From Candidatus Omnitrophota bacterium (GTDB lineage Bacteria > Omnitrophota > Gorgyraeia > 2-01-FULL-45-10), in the NCBI GenBank assembly GCA_023818895.1, contig JAMWCX010000001.1:209789-241788 (forward strand): 32,000 nucleotides of DNA, given 5' to 3'. The notes beneath the pieces were generated by a model. That model saw only the letters and a program-made list of their open reading frames with translations. It did no database searches and was not told where the DNA came from. Numbering within the stretch: the stretch's first letter is position 1; every line of letters begins with the position of its first letter. The translations under genes and the position numbers were made by a program. Below are positions 16,339-24,712 of the stretch, piece by piece.

Positions 16339-17627
16339 GACACAGCCTTTCCAAAACACCTCTCGGCGGTTTTGATCGAGCAATACTCACCACACATAGT
16401 GCAGACGTCCTGCATATCTGGACGCGAACTCTTGCGATAGCGGGTGGGCCTTACCTTATCGATTGCCAACTCGAACTGTCTCTTCCAATCTCTCGCCTTT
16501 CGCGCCCTTGATATCATATTATCCCAATTTATAGCGTTCTTGACCCCTTTTGCTATATCTGCCGCATGCGCCGCTATCTTTGCCGCTATCACACCTTCCA
16601 TCACGTCTTCAACGGTTGGCAACCGCAGATGTTCAGACGGAGTAACATAGCAAAGGAAGTCAGCGCCCTTTGCCCCCGCAAGAGCCCCTCCTATTGCGGC
16701 GGTGATATGGTCATATCCCGGCGCGATGTCTGTCACCAAAGGCCCGAGGACATAGAAAGGCGCCCCGTTACAGCATGCCTTTTCTAACGCCACATTCATT
16801 TCGATATGGTGCAAAGGCAGATGCCCCGGCCCTTCTATCATGACCTGAACACCTTTTTTAAGGGCCTTCTGCTGCAACTCGCCCAAAGCAAGGAGCTCTA
16901 ACACCTGAGCAGAATCGGTTGCGTCGGCGATAGCTCCGGGCCGCAGGCCATCGCCTAAGCTCAGGGTTATGTCGTATTTTTTCGCTATTTCGATTACTCT
17001 ATCAAAGTGCGTATAGAAAGGATTCTCGGCATCGTTTTCCATCATCCACTGCGCTATAAAAGCGCCGCCCCTGCTCACTATATCGAGTATTCGCGGCTTT
17101 TTGCGTAATGTCTCAAGGGCGCTTTTCACGACACCGGCATGTATCGTGAAAAAGTCGACACCGTCAGAGGCCTGGTCTTCGAGAACGCCAAACATCTCGT
17201 CAACGGATATTTTCTTTATGCTGCCATGTTTGGTCATCCCGTTAATCGCTATTTCGTATATAGGAACTGTGCCGACCGGCACTTTGGACTTTGAGATTAT
17301 AGCGCGCCGCGTGCGCGCAATGTCAGCGCCTGTTGAAAGGTCCATGACCGTATCGGAGCCCAGTTCGACGGCCGCGTTCATCTTCTTGATTTCTTGCCTT
17401 AAACCAGATGAGCCTCTCGAGGTCCCTATGTTGGCATTTATCTTCGTCCTAAGACCTTCGCCTATACCGCACACTTTGGAAATCCGGCTAATAGAATTTT
17501 TCGGTATAACTATATGGCCTCTACATATCCCCTTCCTTATGAATTCAGGGCTTACGCCTTCCTCCCTTGCTACTTGGCGCATCTCGGCGGTTAGTTTGCC
17601 CGCCCTGGCCGCTTCTATCTGTGTCAT
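16335..17627 (-). CDS. thiC: phosphomethylpyrimidine synthase ThiC (short, anaerobe-type)
   Basis: 430 aa with GVSPEFIRKGICRGHIVIPKN, NIGTSRG, TVPIYE, FFTIHAG, MIEGPGHLPL and VTPSEHLRLP. The C-terminal CTMCGEYCS is the Fe-S motif. Confidence 0.95.
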   Translation of the reverse strand: MTQIEAARAGKLTAEMRQVAREEGVSPEFIRKGICRGHIVIPKNSISRISKVCGIGEGLRTKINANIGTSRGSSGLRQEIKKMNAAVELGSDTVMDLSTGADIARTRRAIISKSKVPVGTVPIYEIAINGMTKHGSIKKISVDEMFGVLEDQASDGVDFFTIHAGVVKSALETLRKKPRILDIVSRGGAFIAQWMMENDAENPFYTHFDRVIEIAKKYDITLSLGDGLRPGAIADATDSAQVLELLALGELQQKALKKGVQVMIEGPGHLPLHHIEMNVALEKACCNGAPFYVLGPLVTDIAPGYDHITAAIGGALAGAKGADFLCYVTPSEHLRLPTVEDVMEGVIAAKIAAHAADIAKGVKNAINWDNMISRARKARDWKRQFELAIDKVRPTRYRKSSRPDMQDVCTMCGEYCSIKTAERCFGKAVS

Positions 17628-18080
17628 CTATGCCGCCCGTCTATTTCTACACCGCGAAGAGACGAGCCTCCTTGCGGCGCGCTTTTCGATATCGTATATT
17701 CTGAAGCGCAATCTTAAAAACCTCAGAGAAAGGTTCATGTCTATAAGCTTGAAGAATTCTTCTAGAACCCTTAAAGACTCCTTAACCCTTTGCATGTTCG
17801 CTATAAAGATGTCGACGTAGTCTTTACGCGTTGATTCAATATCGGGTTGCGGCAGCCTGCCAATATCTTTTTTCGCATTTCTAGATTCTAAAAGCAGTCG
17901 CGACGTAGCGGCTGAGGACCCTATCGCTGATGATACGTCGTGTCGCACGGCTTTCAGCTCTTTGGTTATCTGCGCGCAGCCTAGCGTGAAACGAATTATG
18001 TCCTCGCAGACCCTCAAGCCTTCACGGCAACGATTGAAGTTTGCGTCTATTATTCGAAAGACATCTTTTTTGACAACCAT
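17628..18080 (-). CDS. stand-alone homologue of the N-terminal extension domain found on some thiamine-phosphate synthases (ThiE-N-like), function unknown
   Basis: 150 aa. FRIIDANFNRCREGLRVCEDIIRF and ANMQRVKESLRVLEEFFKL...LRLRFRIYDIE match, from memory, the duplicated (L)DAN(L)xRAxEGLRV(L)EE pattern of the cyanobacterial/Deinococcus ThiE N-terminal domain. No ThiE TIM-barrel follows. The stop abuts the thiC ATG. Confidence 0.5.
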   Translation of the reverse strand: MVVKKDVFRIIDANFNRCREGLRVCEDIIRFTLGCAQITKELKAVRHDVSSAIGSSAATSRLLLESRNAKKDIGRLPQPDIESTRKDYVDIFIANMQRVKESLRVLEEFFKLIDMNLSLRFLRLRFRIYDIEKRAARRLVSSRCRNRRAA

Positions 18081-18550
18081 CAGCGGCCCATCTTTTTTAT
18101 TAGGGCGGTGGTCGAATAACCCTTCACCAGGGGAATCCTCGCCACCCGGCCTCCATAGGATTTAACAAAATCGCCTCCGGCTATTTCTGATGCCTTCCAG
18201 TCCGCGCCTTTTACAAGAATGTGGGGTCTGATTTTCTTTATCAGTCTCTCTGGCGTCGGTTCATCGAATATAGTAACGTAATCGATAAAATAAAGTGAGG
18301 CCAGTATCTTTGCCCTGTCCGCCTGAGAATTGATAGGCCTGCTAGCACCTTTAATTAAACGAACGGAAGAGTCGCTGTTTAGCCCCACTATAAGGACATC
18401 ACCCAAAGCACGGGCTTTTTTGAGATATTCAACATGTCCTACATGCAGTATGTCGAAACATCCGTTTGTAAAGACAATCTTTTTATGGCGGGCCCGCAAC
18501 CGCGCCGTTACAGCAGCAATTGCCTGCCAGCTTTTTATTTTAGCATCCAT
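18080..18550 (-). CDS. rfaE2: D-glycero-beta-D-manno-heptose 1-phosphate adenylyltransferase (RfaE domain II / HldC)
   Basis: KKIVFTNGCFDILHVGHVEYLKKARALGDVLIVGLNSDSSVR carries the cytidylyltransferase HxGH motif. RPINSQADRAKILASLYFIDYVTIF and HILVKGADW are also present. The start is ATG 18550 (the track start 18568 is a GTG); both overlap the gmhA 3' end. Confidence 0.85.
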   Translation of the reverse strand: MDAKIKSWQAIAAVTARLRARHKKIVFTNGCFDILHVGHVEYLKKARALGDVLIVGLNSDSSVRLIKGASRPINSQADRAKILASLYFIDYVTIFDEPTPERLIKKIRPHILVKGADWKASEIAGGDFVKSYGGRVARIPLVKGYSTTALIKKMGR

Positions 18551-19104
18551 TTTTCTACAAGTTCGCACAGCACATGTATTATAGCGATGTGTGCCTCCTG
18601 TATCCTCGGTGTATTGGAGGATCCGACGACGATTGAGATGTCACATAATTCCTTTATCTTTCCTCCGTCTCCGCCTGTAAGGCCGATAGTAATAAGTCCG
18701 CATGTCTTGGCCATTCTGATACCTTCTATAACGTTCTTAGCGTTGCCGCTAGTCGATATTCCGACAGCGACGTCCCCTTTCCGGCCGTTACCTTCTATCT
18801 GCCGCGAAAACGTGGCTTCATAGCCGTAATCATTGGCAACGGCTGTAAGTATAGAAGTGTTGGTCGTAAGAGCGATAGCCGCAAATGGCCTGCGCTCTTT
18901 CTTGAAGCGGCCGACCAGTTCTGCGGCAAAATGCTGGCTGTCGGCCGCGCTTCCGCCGTTTCCGAACACCAGTATCTTATGCCCCGACCTTAAGGCATCT
19001 ATGATGGTTTCCGCGGCCCTTTCTATCTTCGAGATCTGGGTATGCAGAAGGTCCTCCTTCACCTTAATACTTTCTTTTAAAGCATCCTCGATAATTTTTT
19101 TCAT
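18535..19104 (-). CDS. gmhA: D-sedoheptulose 7-phosphate isomerase (SIS domain)
   Basis: 189 aa with FGNGGSAADSQHFAAELVGRF, GISTSGNAKNV and TIGLTGGDGGK. Confidence 0.85.
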   Translation of the reverse strand: MKKIIEDALKESIKVKEDLLHTQISKIERAAETIIDALRSGHKILVFGNGGSAADSQHFAAELVGRFKKERRPFAAIALTTNTSILTAVANDYGYEATFSRQIEGNGRKGDVAVGISTSGNAKNVIEGIRMAKTCGLITIGLTGGDGGKIKELCDISIVVGSSNTPRIQEAHIAIIHVLCELVEKWMLK

Positions 19105-19116
19105 AGGGACCTCGTA

Positions 19117-20151
19117 TTATCCGAAGAAGGTCTTTGCCAGATCGTATAATTTGGGATCCACGGTTTTGAGCTTGCCGACAGCCTCCTGTATAGGAACCTC
19201 TGTCACCTCCGTTCCCTTAAGGCTCGCCATATATCCAAACTTCTTGTTAATAACAAGCTCCATTGCCTTCACCCCGAATCTTGTAGCGAGGAAGCGGTCA
19301 AAGGCGCTCGGCGTACCGCCTCTCTGAATGTGACCTAGAACGGTGGTTCTGGTTTCAAAGCCCGTTCTTTTTTCTATTTCGTTGGCCAATATTTCTCCTA
19401 TTCCTCCGAGCCTTACGTGGCCGAATGCGTCCAACTTTTCTTCTTTTAGGACGACCTGGCCGGCCTTGAATTCCGCCCCTTCCGCCACAACCACTATTGA
19501 GAAACTCTTGCCGCGCTCCTTGCGCTTCTTAAGTATATCGCATACCTCATCGAGATCGATTCGGACCTCTGGGATAAGTATCACATCCGCTCCGGATGCA
19601 AGGCCAGAGTGTATGGCTATCCATCCCGCATGGCGGCCCATGACTTCCACTACCATTATACGGTGGTGGCTTTCAGCGGTGGTGTGCAGCCTGTCTATGG
19701 CCTCAGTAGCGATATTGACCGCTGTATCGAATCCGAACGTGTAATCTGTGGCGTTCAGGTCATTATCGATAGTTTTTGGAACACCTACTATGTTAAGGCC
19801 CTTCTTCTCCTGATGCAGCTTGTTAGCCACTCCCAGGGTATCTTCTCCGCCTATCGCGATCAGGGCATCAAGATTTAGTTTTTTGTAGTTATCGATTACC
19901 TTCTGGACATTCTCGGCGCTTTTATACGGATTGGTCCTAGACGTTCCGAGTATAGTTCCGCCTTTCGGCAATATACCGGAGACCGAAGAAATATCCAGAT
20001 CCATCGTATCTATTTCGATGAGCCCCTTCCAACCATTCTTTATCCCTATAACGTTTATGTTGTTTTGAAAAGCCTTCCTGACCACCGCTCTTATGACAGC
20101 GTTAAGACCAGGGCAGTCACCGCCGCCCGTAAGCACACCTACTTTCCCCAT
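19117..20151 (-). CDS. pfkA: 6-phosphofructokinase, short actinobacterial-like type; residue signature suggests PPi dependence
   Basis: 344 aa with VGVLTGGGDCPGLNAVIRAVVRKA, IAIGGEDTLG, VGVPKTIDNDL, MGRHAGWIA and HIQRGG. GGEDT and PKTIDND put Asp and Lys at the positions equivalent to E. coli PfkA G104 and G124. Confidence 0.9.
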   Translation of the reverse strand: MGKVGVLTGGGDCPGLNAVIRAVVRKAFQNNINVIGIKNGWKGLIEIDTMDLDISSVSGILPKGGTILGTSRTNPYKSAENVQKVIDNYKKLNLDALIAIGGEDTLGVANKLHQEKKGLNIVGVPKTIDNDLNATDYTFGFDTAVNIATEAIDRLHTTAESHHRIMVVEVMGRHAGWIAIHSGLASGADVILIPEVRIDLDEVCDILKKRKERGKSFSIVVVAEGAEFKAGQVVLKEEKLDAFGHVRLGGIGEILANEIEKRTGFETRTTVLGHIQRGGTPSAFDRFLATRFGVKAMELVINKKFGYMASLKGTEVTEVPIQEAVGKLKTVDPKLYDLAKTFFG

Positions 20152-20161
20152 TGATCCCTCC

Positions 20162-20773
20162 TTAATAACTACCGTATTCGATACTGCCCCTGAAGGTCGG
20201 CGGCTGCGGCTTGTCTTCTTTCTTCGCGCTTTTTGCCGGCTCTTCTTTATGGGCTATCTTGACCACATGCACCTTAATATTAATAGGCTCCTCGACGCCA
20301 AGCATATCCTGCACCCGCGTTTTTACTATATTCTGTATTTTCTCCGTCGTTTCAGGCATATTCATATCAGAAAATAGCGTGACACGGTTTATTACGGTAA
20401 TGCCTTTTTTGTTAGCTCTCACCTGAGGCCGCAGCTCTTTTACTTCCGGAAGTGTCTTTAAAGCCCGCTTAATGAAGTCTTCGATGGCGCTTAAGGATAT
20501 TGTGACCTGACCGTAGGGATTTTCAAAGGCTATCGTCTTCTCACGCTGTATCTTACCCACCGTTATCTGTACCACCATAAGACTTATGACCACAAGAAGC
20601 GAGCCGGTTATACCAAGTATGAGGCGCGCGTTAGGCGCTGCATATATGGCATTGATCGATTCAATTATCGCCTCATGTGACAATATATCCAGCGATATCG
20701 TGATAAAAAGGGCACCGACCGAAAGAAAGACCAATGTATAGAAGAAAAGAGTCAACCCTCCTAGAAACCTCAT
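20162..20773 (-). CDS. amaP: alkaline-shock-response membrane anchor protein AmaP-like
   Basis: An ATG at 20773 lies 1 nt after the Asp23 stop, whereas the track start 20830 overlaps Asp23. There are two N-terminal TM helices, then YGQVTISLSAIEDFIKRALKTLPEVKEL...VTLFSDMNMPETTEKIQNIVKTRVQDMLG, a pattern I associate with AmaP next to Asp23. Confidence 0.6.
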   Translation of the reverse strand: MRFLGGLTLFFYTLVFLSVGALFITISLDILSHEAIIESINAIYAAPNARLILGITGSLLVVISLMVVQITVGKIQREKTIAFENPYGQVTISLSAIEDFIKRALKTLPEVKELRPQVRANKKGITVINRVTLFSDMNMPETTEKIQNIVKTRVQDMLGVEEPINIKVHVVKIAHKEEPAKSAKKEDKPQPPTFRGSIEYGSY

Positions 20774-20774
20774 A

Positions 20775-21167
20775 TTATACCCCCTTCCTGATATTATCGG
20801 CCGCCGGAGCATGGACGCCCTCCACAACAACGTCCACTTCTGACATGATCAGGCCGGTCATCTTCTCTACTGCCCGCTTTACCGAATCTTGCACTTCATC
20901 GGCCACGCGCGGAATATCCATCCCATATTCTACTATTATCGATACAACCAGGCGCACCTCACTTTCTTTCATCTCGATTCTTACGCCTTTTGAGCTGTAG
21001 CGACGGCAGAGAATATCACAGATTCTGCCTCTGGCGCCACCGCCCATGCTGTAAACTCCCCTGACCTCGGTGGCGGCAAGGGAAGCTATCGTGGCGATAG
21101 CGTCGTTATTGATTCTGATAACACCCAGCTCGGTAGTCCTGTCCCGGTGGGTCTGCTCGCTCGACAT
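20775..21167 (-). CDS. Asp23/Gls24 family envelope stress protein
   Basis: GVIRINNDAIATIASLAATEVRGVYSM...VRLVVSIIVEYGMDIPRVADEVQDSVKRAVEKMTGL is typical of Asp23. ATG 21167 has AAGGAG 8 nt upstream; the track start 21173 is a TTG. Confidence 0.85.
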   Translation of the reverse strand: MSSEQTHRDRTTELGVIRINNDAIATIASLAATEVRGVYSMGGGARGRICDILCRRYSSKGVRIEMKESEVRLVVSIIVEYGMDIPRVADEVQDSVKRAVEKMTGLIMSEVDVVVEGVHAPAADNIRKGV

Positions 21168-21192
21168 TATCAAAACTCCTTTCAGTTTTAAA

Positions 21193-22542
21193 CTATTCAG
21201 TTTTTTCGAAAAGCCTTTCTATGAAATCGGTGGAAAATTTTCCCCTGATGAAAGCCGGGTTATTCATGACCCTTTTGTGAAACGGAATGGTGGTCTTTAT
21301 CGGCTCGATTATGAACTCATCTAAGGCCCGTTTACATATATTTATCGCCTCGGTGCGGTTCTTGCCATGGACTATGAGCTTCCCTATCATTGAGTCGTAG
21401 TATGGCGATATCTCGTATCCAGGATAAGCATGCGTATCGAGCCTTACACCCCTGCCTCCGGGAACGTTGAATACCGCTATCTTGCCAGGGCATGGCATAA
21501 AATCATTGTCAGGATCCTCGGCATTTATCCTACACTCTATGGCGCTTCCGTTAAAAGTTATGTTATCCTGTTTATAGGGTATCCTCTCACCTGCCGCTAT
21601 CCTGATCTGATCTTTAACTAAATCGATGCCTGTTACCATCTCTGTTATCGGATGTTCGACCTGTATACGGGTGTTCATCTCCATGAAGTAGAAGGAATTA
21701 TCCTCATCGAGCAGGAACTCCACGGTTCCCGCATTGACATAGCCTATCGCCTTTGCGCACTTTACCGCGGCCTCACCCATCCTTTTCCGCAGTTTCGCGT
21801 CAAGGACGGGCGATGGCGTCTCTTCTATGAGTTTCTGATGCCGCCTCTGTATCGTGCAATCCCTTTCACCCAGATGCACTATATGGCCGTAGCTATCGCC
21901 CAGTATCTGTATTTCGATATGACGCGGCCGCTCGATATATTTTTCGATATAGACTTCCGGATTACCGAATGCTGCCTCCGCTTCCCGCTGGGCTGTAAGA
22001 AATGCGCTTATCAGCCTGACGTCGTTATGGCATATCCTCATGCCTTTGCCGCCGCCGCCGGCAGCAGCTTTTATTATAACGGGATACCTCATCTCCTTAG
22101 CGATTTTTATGGCCTCTTCTTTGGTCTTTACGCAGGCCTTTGATCCTGGAATTGTCGGAACACCGGCCTTCTTGGCGCTGTCCTTTGCTGCCATCTTATC
22201 GCCCATGCGCCTTATATTTTCTGGGGTCGGGCCTATAAATTTTATCTTACACGACTCACAGATCTCAGCGAAGTGCGCATCTTCAGCCAGGAAGCCATAT
22301 CCCGGATGTATGGCCTCCACATCGGTTATTTCGGCGGCGCTTATGATGCTGGGGATGTTTAGATAGCTATTTGCGCTGGCGGCGGAGCCGATGCATATAG
22401 CTTCATCGGCATATTTTACATGCAGACTATTTATATCGGGCTGGGAATAGACGGCAACGGTCCTTATCCCCAGTTCCTTGCAGGCACGTATGATTCGTAA
22501 CGCGACCTCGCCCCTGTTTGCTATGAGTATTTTTGAGAACAT
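21193..22542 (-). CDS. accC: acetyl-CoA carboxylase, biotin carboxylase subunit
   Basis: 449 aa with [47 protein letters not shown] and [16 protein letters not shown]. Confidence 0.95.
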   Translation of the reverse strand: MFSKILIANRGEVALRIIRACKELGIRTVAVYSQPDINSLHVKYADEAICIGSAASANSYLNIPSIISAAEITDVEAIHPGYGFLAEDAHFAEICESCKIKFIGPTPENIRRMGDKMAAKDSAKKAGVPTIPGSKACVKTKEEAIKIAKEMRYPVIIKAAAGGGGKGMRICHNDVRLISAFLTAQREAEAAFGNPEVYIEKYIERPRHIEIQILGDSYGHIVHLGERDCTIQRRHQKLIEETPSPVLDAKLRKRMGEAAVKCAKAIGYVNAGTVEFLLDEDNSFYFMEMNTRIQVEHPITEMVTGIDLVKDQIRIAAGERIPYKQDNITFNGSAIECRINAEDPDNDFMPCPGKIAVFNVPGGRGVRLDTHAYPGYEISPYYDSMIGKLIVHGKNRTEAINICKRALDEFIIEPIKTTIPFHKRVMNNPAFIRGKFSTDFIERLFEKTE

Positions 22543-22550
22543 ATGGCTGT

Positions 22551-23006
22551 CTATGATGATGGTTCGATAAGAAAAAGCACCTGACCAAACTCCACCGGTT
22601 CGGCGTTATCAACTTGTATATCAACTACCTTGCCCTTTACCTCTGACTTGATCTCATTCATCAGCTTCATCGCCTCTATGATGCAGACCACCTGTCCGAC
22701 GTCTATCATGTCTCCTATGTTGACGTATGGCGGCGCCTCTGGGGATGCCGCGCGATAGAACGTCCCTACCATAGGCGCTTTTATTTCGAACACATTGCGC
22801 TTGTCAACCTTTTCGGCGCCGACAGCGGCCTTTTCCTGCGGTGCCGCAGGCGGCGCGGCCTGTGGCTGGACAAACTCAACAGCCCTTTCATAACCGGCCG
22901 AGCCTTTCTTCAGCCTTATCCGGACTCCCTCTTTCTCTATTTCAAGTTCGGTAAGGTTGTTTTCATTCATGAGATTGATCATGTCTTTTATCTCTTTAAT
23001 ATACAT
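22551..23006 (-). CDS. accB: acetyl-CoA carboxylase biotin carboxyl carrier protein
   Basis: 151 aa with an Ala/Pro linker and the biotinylation motif [12 protein letters not shown]. Confidence 0.9.
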   Translation of the reverse strand: MYIKEIKDMINLMNENNLTELEIEKEGVRIRLKKGSAGYERAVEFVQPQAAPPAAPQEKAAVGAEKVDKRNVFEIKAPMVGTFYRAASPEAPPYVNIGDMIDVGQVVCIIEAMKLMNEIKSEVKGKVVDIQVDNAEPVEFGQVLFLIEPSS

Positions 23007-23029
23007 CTCTTACCTCGCTTTTTAACACA

Positions 23030-24082
23030 TCATCTTGTAAGCACGTTACATCCACCATCAGTCACAAGCACCATATCCTCAATACGGACACCTCCGAATC
23101 TCGGTATGTATATCGCCGGCTCCACCGTAAACACCATACCTGGTCTGAGACTGGCGCGATTGGCGCGTGATATCGCAGGGCCTTCATGGACCTGCATACC
23201 TACGCCATGGCCGACAGAGTGGCCAAAGTATTTTCCGAATCCTTGCTTTTCGATATAGTCTCTTGCGGCGCGATCCACCTCGCAGGCCATTACACCGGGC
23301 GCAACCTTGTCTATCGCTTTCTCCTGGGCGACGCGCACTGTATCATAGATCTTTTTGAATTTTTCTTTTACTTTTCCCAAGACCACCATTCGTGTCAGAT
23401 CCGAACAATAGCCGTTTAAACGGCAACCTATATCTATCATAACGAAAGAGTTCTTCCTTATCGGCTCATCAGTCGGTCTGGCGTGCGGTTTCGAAGCGTT
23501 TACTCCAGCGGCCACTATGGGATCAAAAGCCGCGCTTGCCCCTTCGGCCAAGAAGGCAGACTCGCATATACGCGCAAGTGATTTTTCGGAAACCCCGGGT
23601 CTTATAGCGCTTAATAGGCGGTTTAAAGAATCTTTAAGCAGTCGTATAGAGCTCCTGATGGATTCTATTTCCGCCTCATCCTTCACTTGACGAAAACTCT
23701 CGACCAGGTCGCTTACGCCGAAGGTCCTGCATCTGCGCAAGACCTTCCTCAGCTTCATTACCACCTCAAACGGCAGGTCCATAGCCTCAAAACCCATCTT
23801 TCGTAAACGCTTTTTATCTGCTATGTCCCCTATGGTTTCATATGTTGATGTCCCAACAACCTCGAATTGGAATCCCTTTAAATTATCGCGGGCATCCTCG
23901 ATAAAACGCGAGTCGGTTATGAAAAAATCGCTCGAGGCAGTTATCAGCAACATCGAGTCCTGCCCTGTGAATCCACTTAGGTACGAGATGTTCGTCTGGC
24001 TTGTTACAAGAAACGAATCGAGTCCTTTCTTGGTGATAGCTTTTTTTAAAAGAGCTCTCCTTCTTCTGTGCGCAGATTCCAT
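23030..24082 (-). CDS. M24B family Xaa-Pro aminopeptidase
   Basis: 350 aa with the pita-bread metal-ligand blocks VMIDIGCRLNGYCSDLTR, HSVGHGVGMQVHEGP, FTVEPAIY and GVRIEDMV. It follows aroQ and precedes accBC, as in many bacteria. Confidence 0.85.
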   Translation of the reverse strand: MESAHRRRRALLKKAITKKGLDSFLVTSQTNISYLSGFTGQDSMLLITASSDFFITDSRFIEDARDNLKGFQFEVVGTSTYETIGDIADKKRLRKMGFEAMDLPFEVVMKLRKVLRRCRTFGVSDLVESFRQVKDEAEIESIRSSIRLLKDSLNRLLSAIRPGVSEKSLARICESAFLAEGASAAFDPIVAAGVNASKPHARPTDEPIRKNSFVMIDIGCRLNGYCSDLTRMVVLGKVKEKFKKIYDTVRVAQEKAIDKVAPGVMACEVDRAARDYIEKQGFGKYFGHSVGHGVGMQVHEGPAISRANRASLRPGMVFTVEPAIYIPRFGGVRIEDMVLVTDGGCNVLTR

Positions 24083-24529
24083 TCACCGCTTCTCCATCAT
24101 CATAATAGAGATCGCAGCCTCCAGCCCCAGCAGATAGCTCATTATTCCAAATCCCGATACCTGGCCTCTGGCAACCGGCGCTATAAGCGACTCGTGACGA
24201 AACTCTTCCCTGGCGTAGATATTCGAAAGGTGCACCTCTACCGTCGGAATGCCGACCGCGCTTATGGCGTCGCGTATGGCTACGCTCGTATGTGTATATG
24301 CAGCGGGATTTATGAGTATCGCACCATAGACGCCCTTGGCCTTGCCTATCAACTCTACGATCTCGCCCTCATGGTTGGATTGAACGATCGTTAGACTAAC
24401 GTTTTTTGATGCAGCGAGCTTCTCGAGCTCTGAGTTTATCTCATCTATGGTAACCTTGCCATAGACATCAACCTCCCGCGTACCCAATAGATTTAGGTTG
24501 GGGCCATGAATGACTAATATCTTTGCCAT
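24083..24529 (-). CDS. aroQ: type II 3-dehydroquinate dehydratase
   Basis: 148 aa with [41 protein letters not shown] and EVHLSNI. Confidence 0.9.
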   Translation of the reverse strand: MAKILVIHGPNLNLLGTREVDVYGKVTIDEINSELEKLAASKNVSLTIVQSNHEGEIVELIGKAKGVYGAILINPAAYTHTSVAIRDAISAVGIPTVEVHLSNIYAREEFRHESLIAPVARGQVSGFGIMSYLLGLEAAISIMMMEKR

Positions 24530-24532
24530 ATT

Positions 24533-24712
24533 TTAATCCCCTTTTTTGCCTTTGCCAGGAAGGTCGGCCTCTTCGATCAGCATTATCGGAATATCATCCT
24601 GTATCGGATAACGCCTTCCGCACTTAACACATACTATCCTGTCAGCTTCCAGTTTGACTTTGGACTTGCACGCCGGACAGGCTAGTATGTCGAGCAGTTT
24701 TTTGTCTATCAT
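24533..24712 (-). CDS. Trm112/UPF0434 (YcaR-like) small zinc-ribbon protein
   Basis: At 59 aa it falls below the ORF-track cutoff. My translation is MIDKKLLDILACPACKSKVKLEADRIVCVKCGRRYPIQDDIPIMLIEEADLPGKGKKGD. LLxILxCPxCK...CxxCxxxYPIxDGIPxML is the Trm112 family signature. ATGA overlap with the upstream stop at 24709-24712. Confidence 0.8.
   Translation of the reverse strand: MIDKKLLDILACPACKSKVKLEADRIVCVKCGRRYPIQDDIPIMLIEEADLPGKGKKGD

Noticed and set aside
17101-17820. A long plus-strand ORF (239 aa) antisense to thiC, plus other plus-strand ORFs over 100 aa (for example 3401..3952, 18833..19327 and 26094..26612).
   Set aside because: Every plus-strand ORF lies entirely antisense to a minus-strand gene with clear family motifs. 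Their translations are low-complexity (Ser/Leu/Ile/Phe/Arg-rich), and I saw no start context for the ones I inspected. They are typical shadow ORFs.
17628-18600. Expected TPP riboswitch upstream of thiC.
   Set aside because: There is no non-coding space, because thiC abuts the upstream ORF and that ORF overlaps rfaE2. I did not see the conserved CUGAGA...ACCUGA core on the minus strand by eye. A covariance-model scan is still needed, so the absence is reported as a finding rather than as a feature.
20162-21167. The Asp23 and AmaP pair as something unusual between accC and pfk.
   Set aside because: This is the standard alkaline-shock/envelope-stress gene pair. Only the annotated starts needed correcting, to ATG 21167 and ATG 20773.
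23007-23029. Missing efp in the conserved aroQ, Xaa-Pro peptidase, efp, accB, accC neighbourhood.
   Set aside because: The gap is only 23 nt and contains just the accB RBS, so efp is simply located elsewhere. This is noted as a rearrangement, not a novel element.
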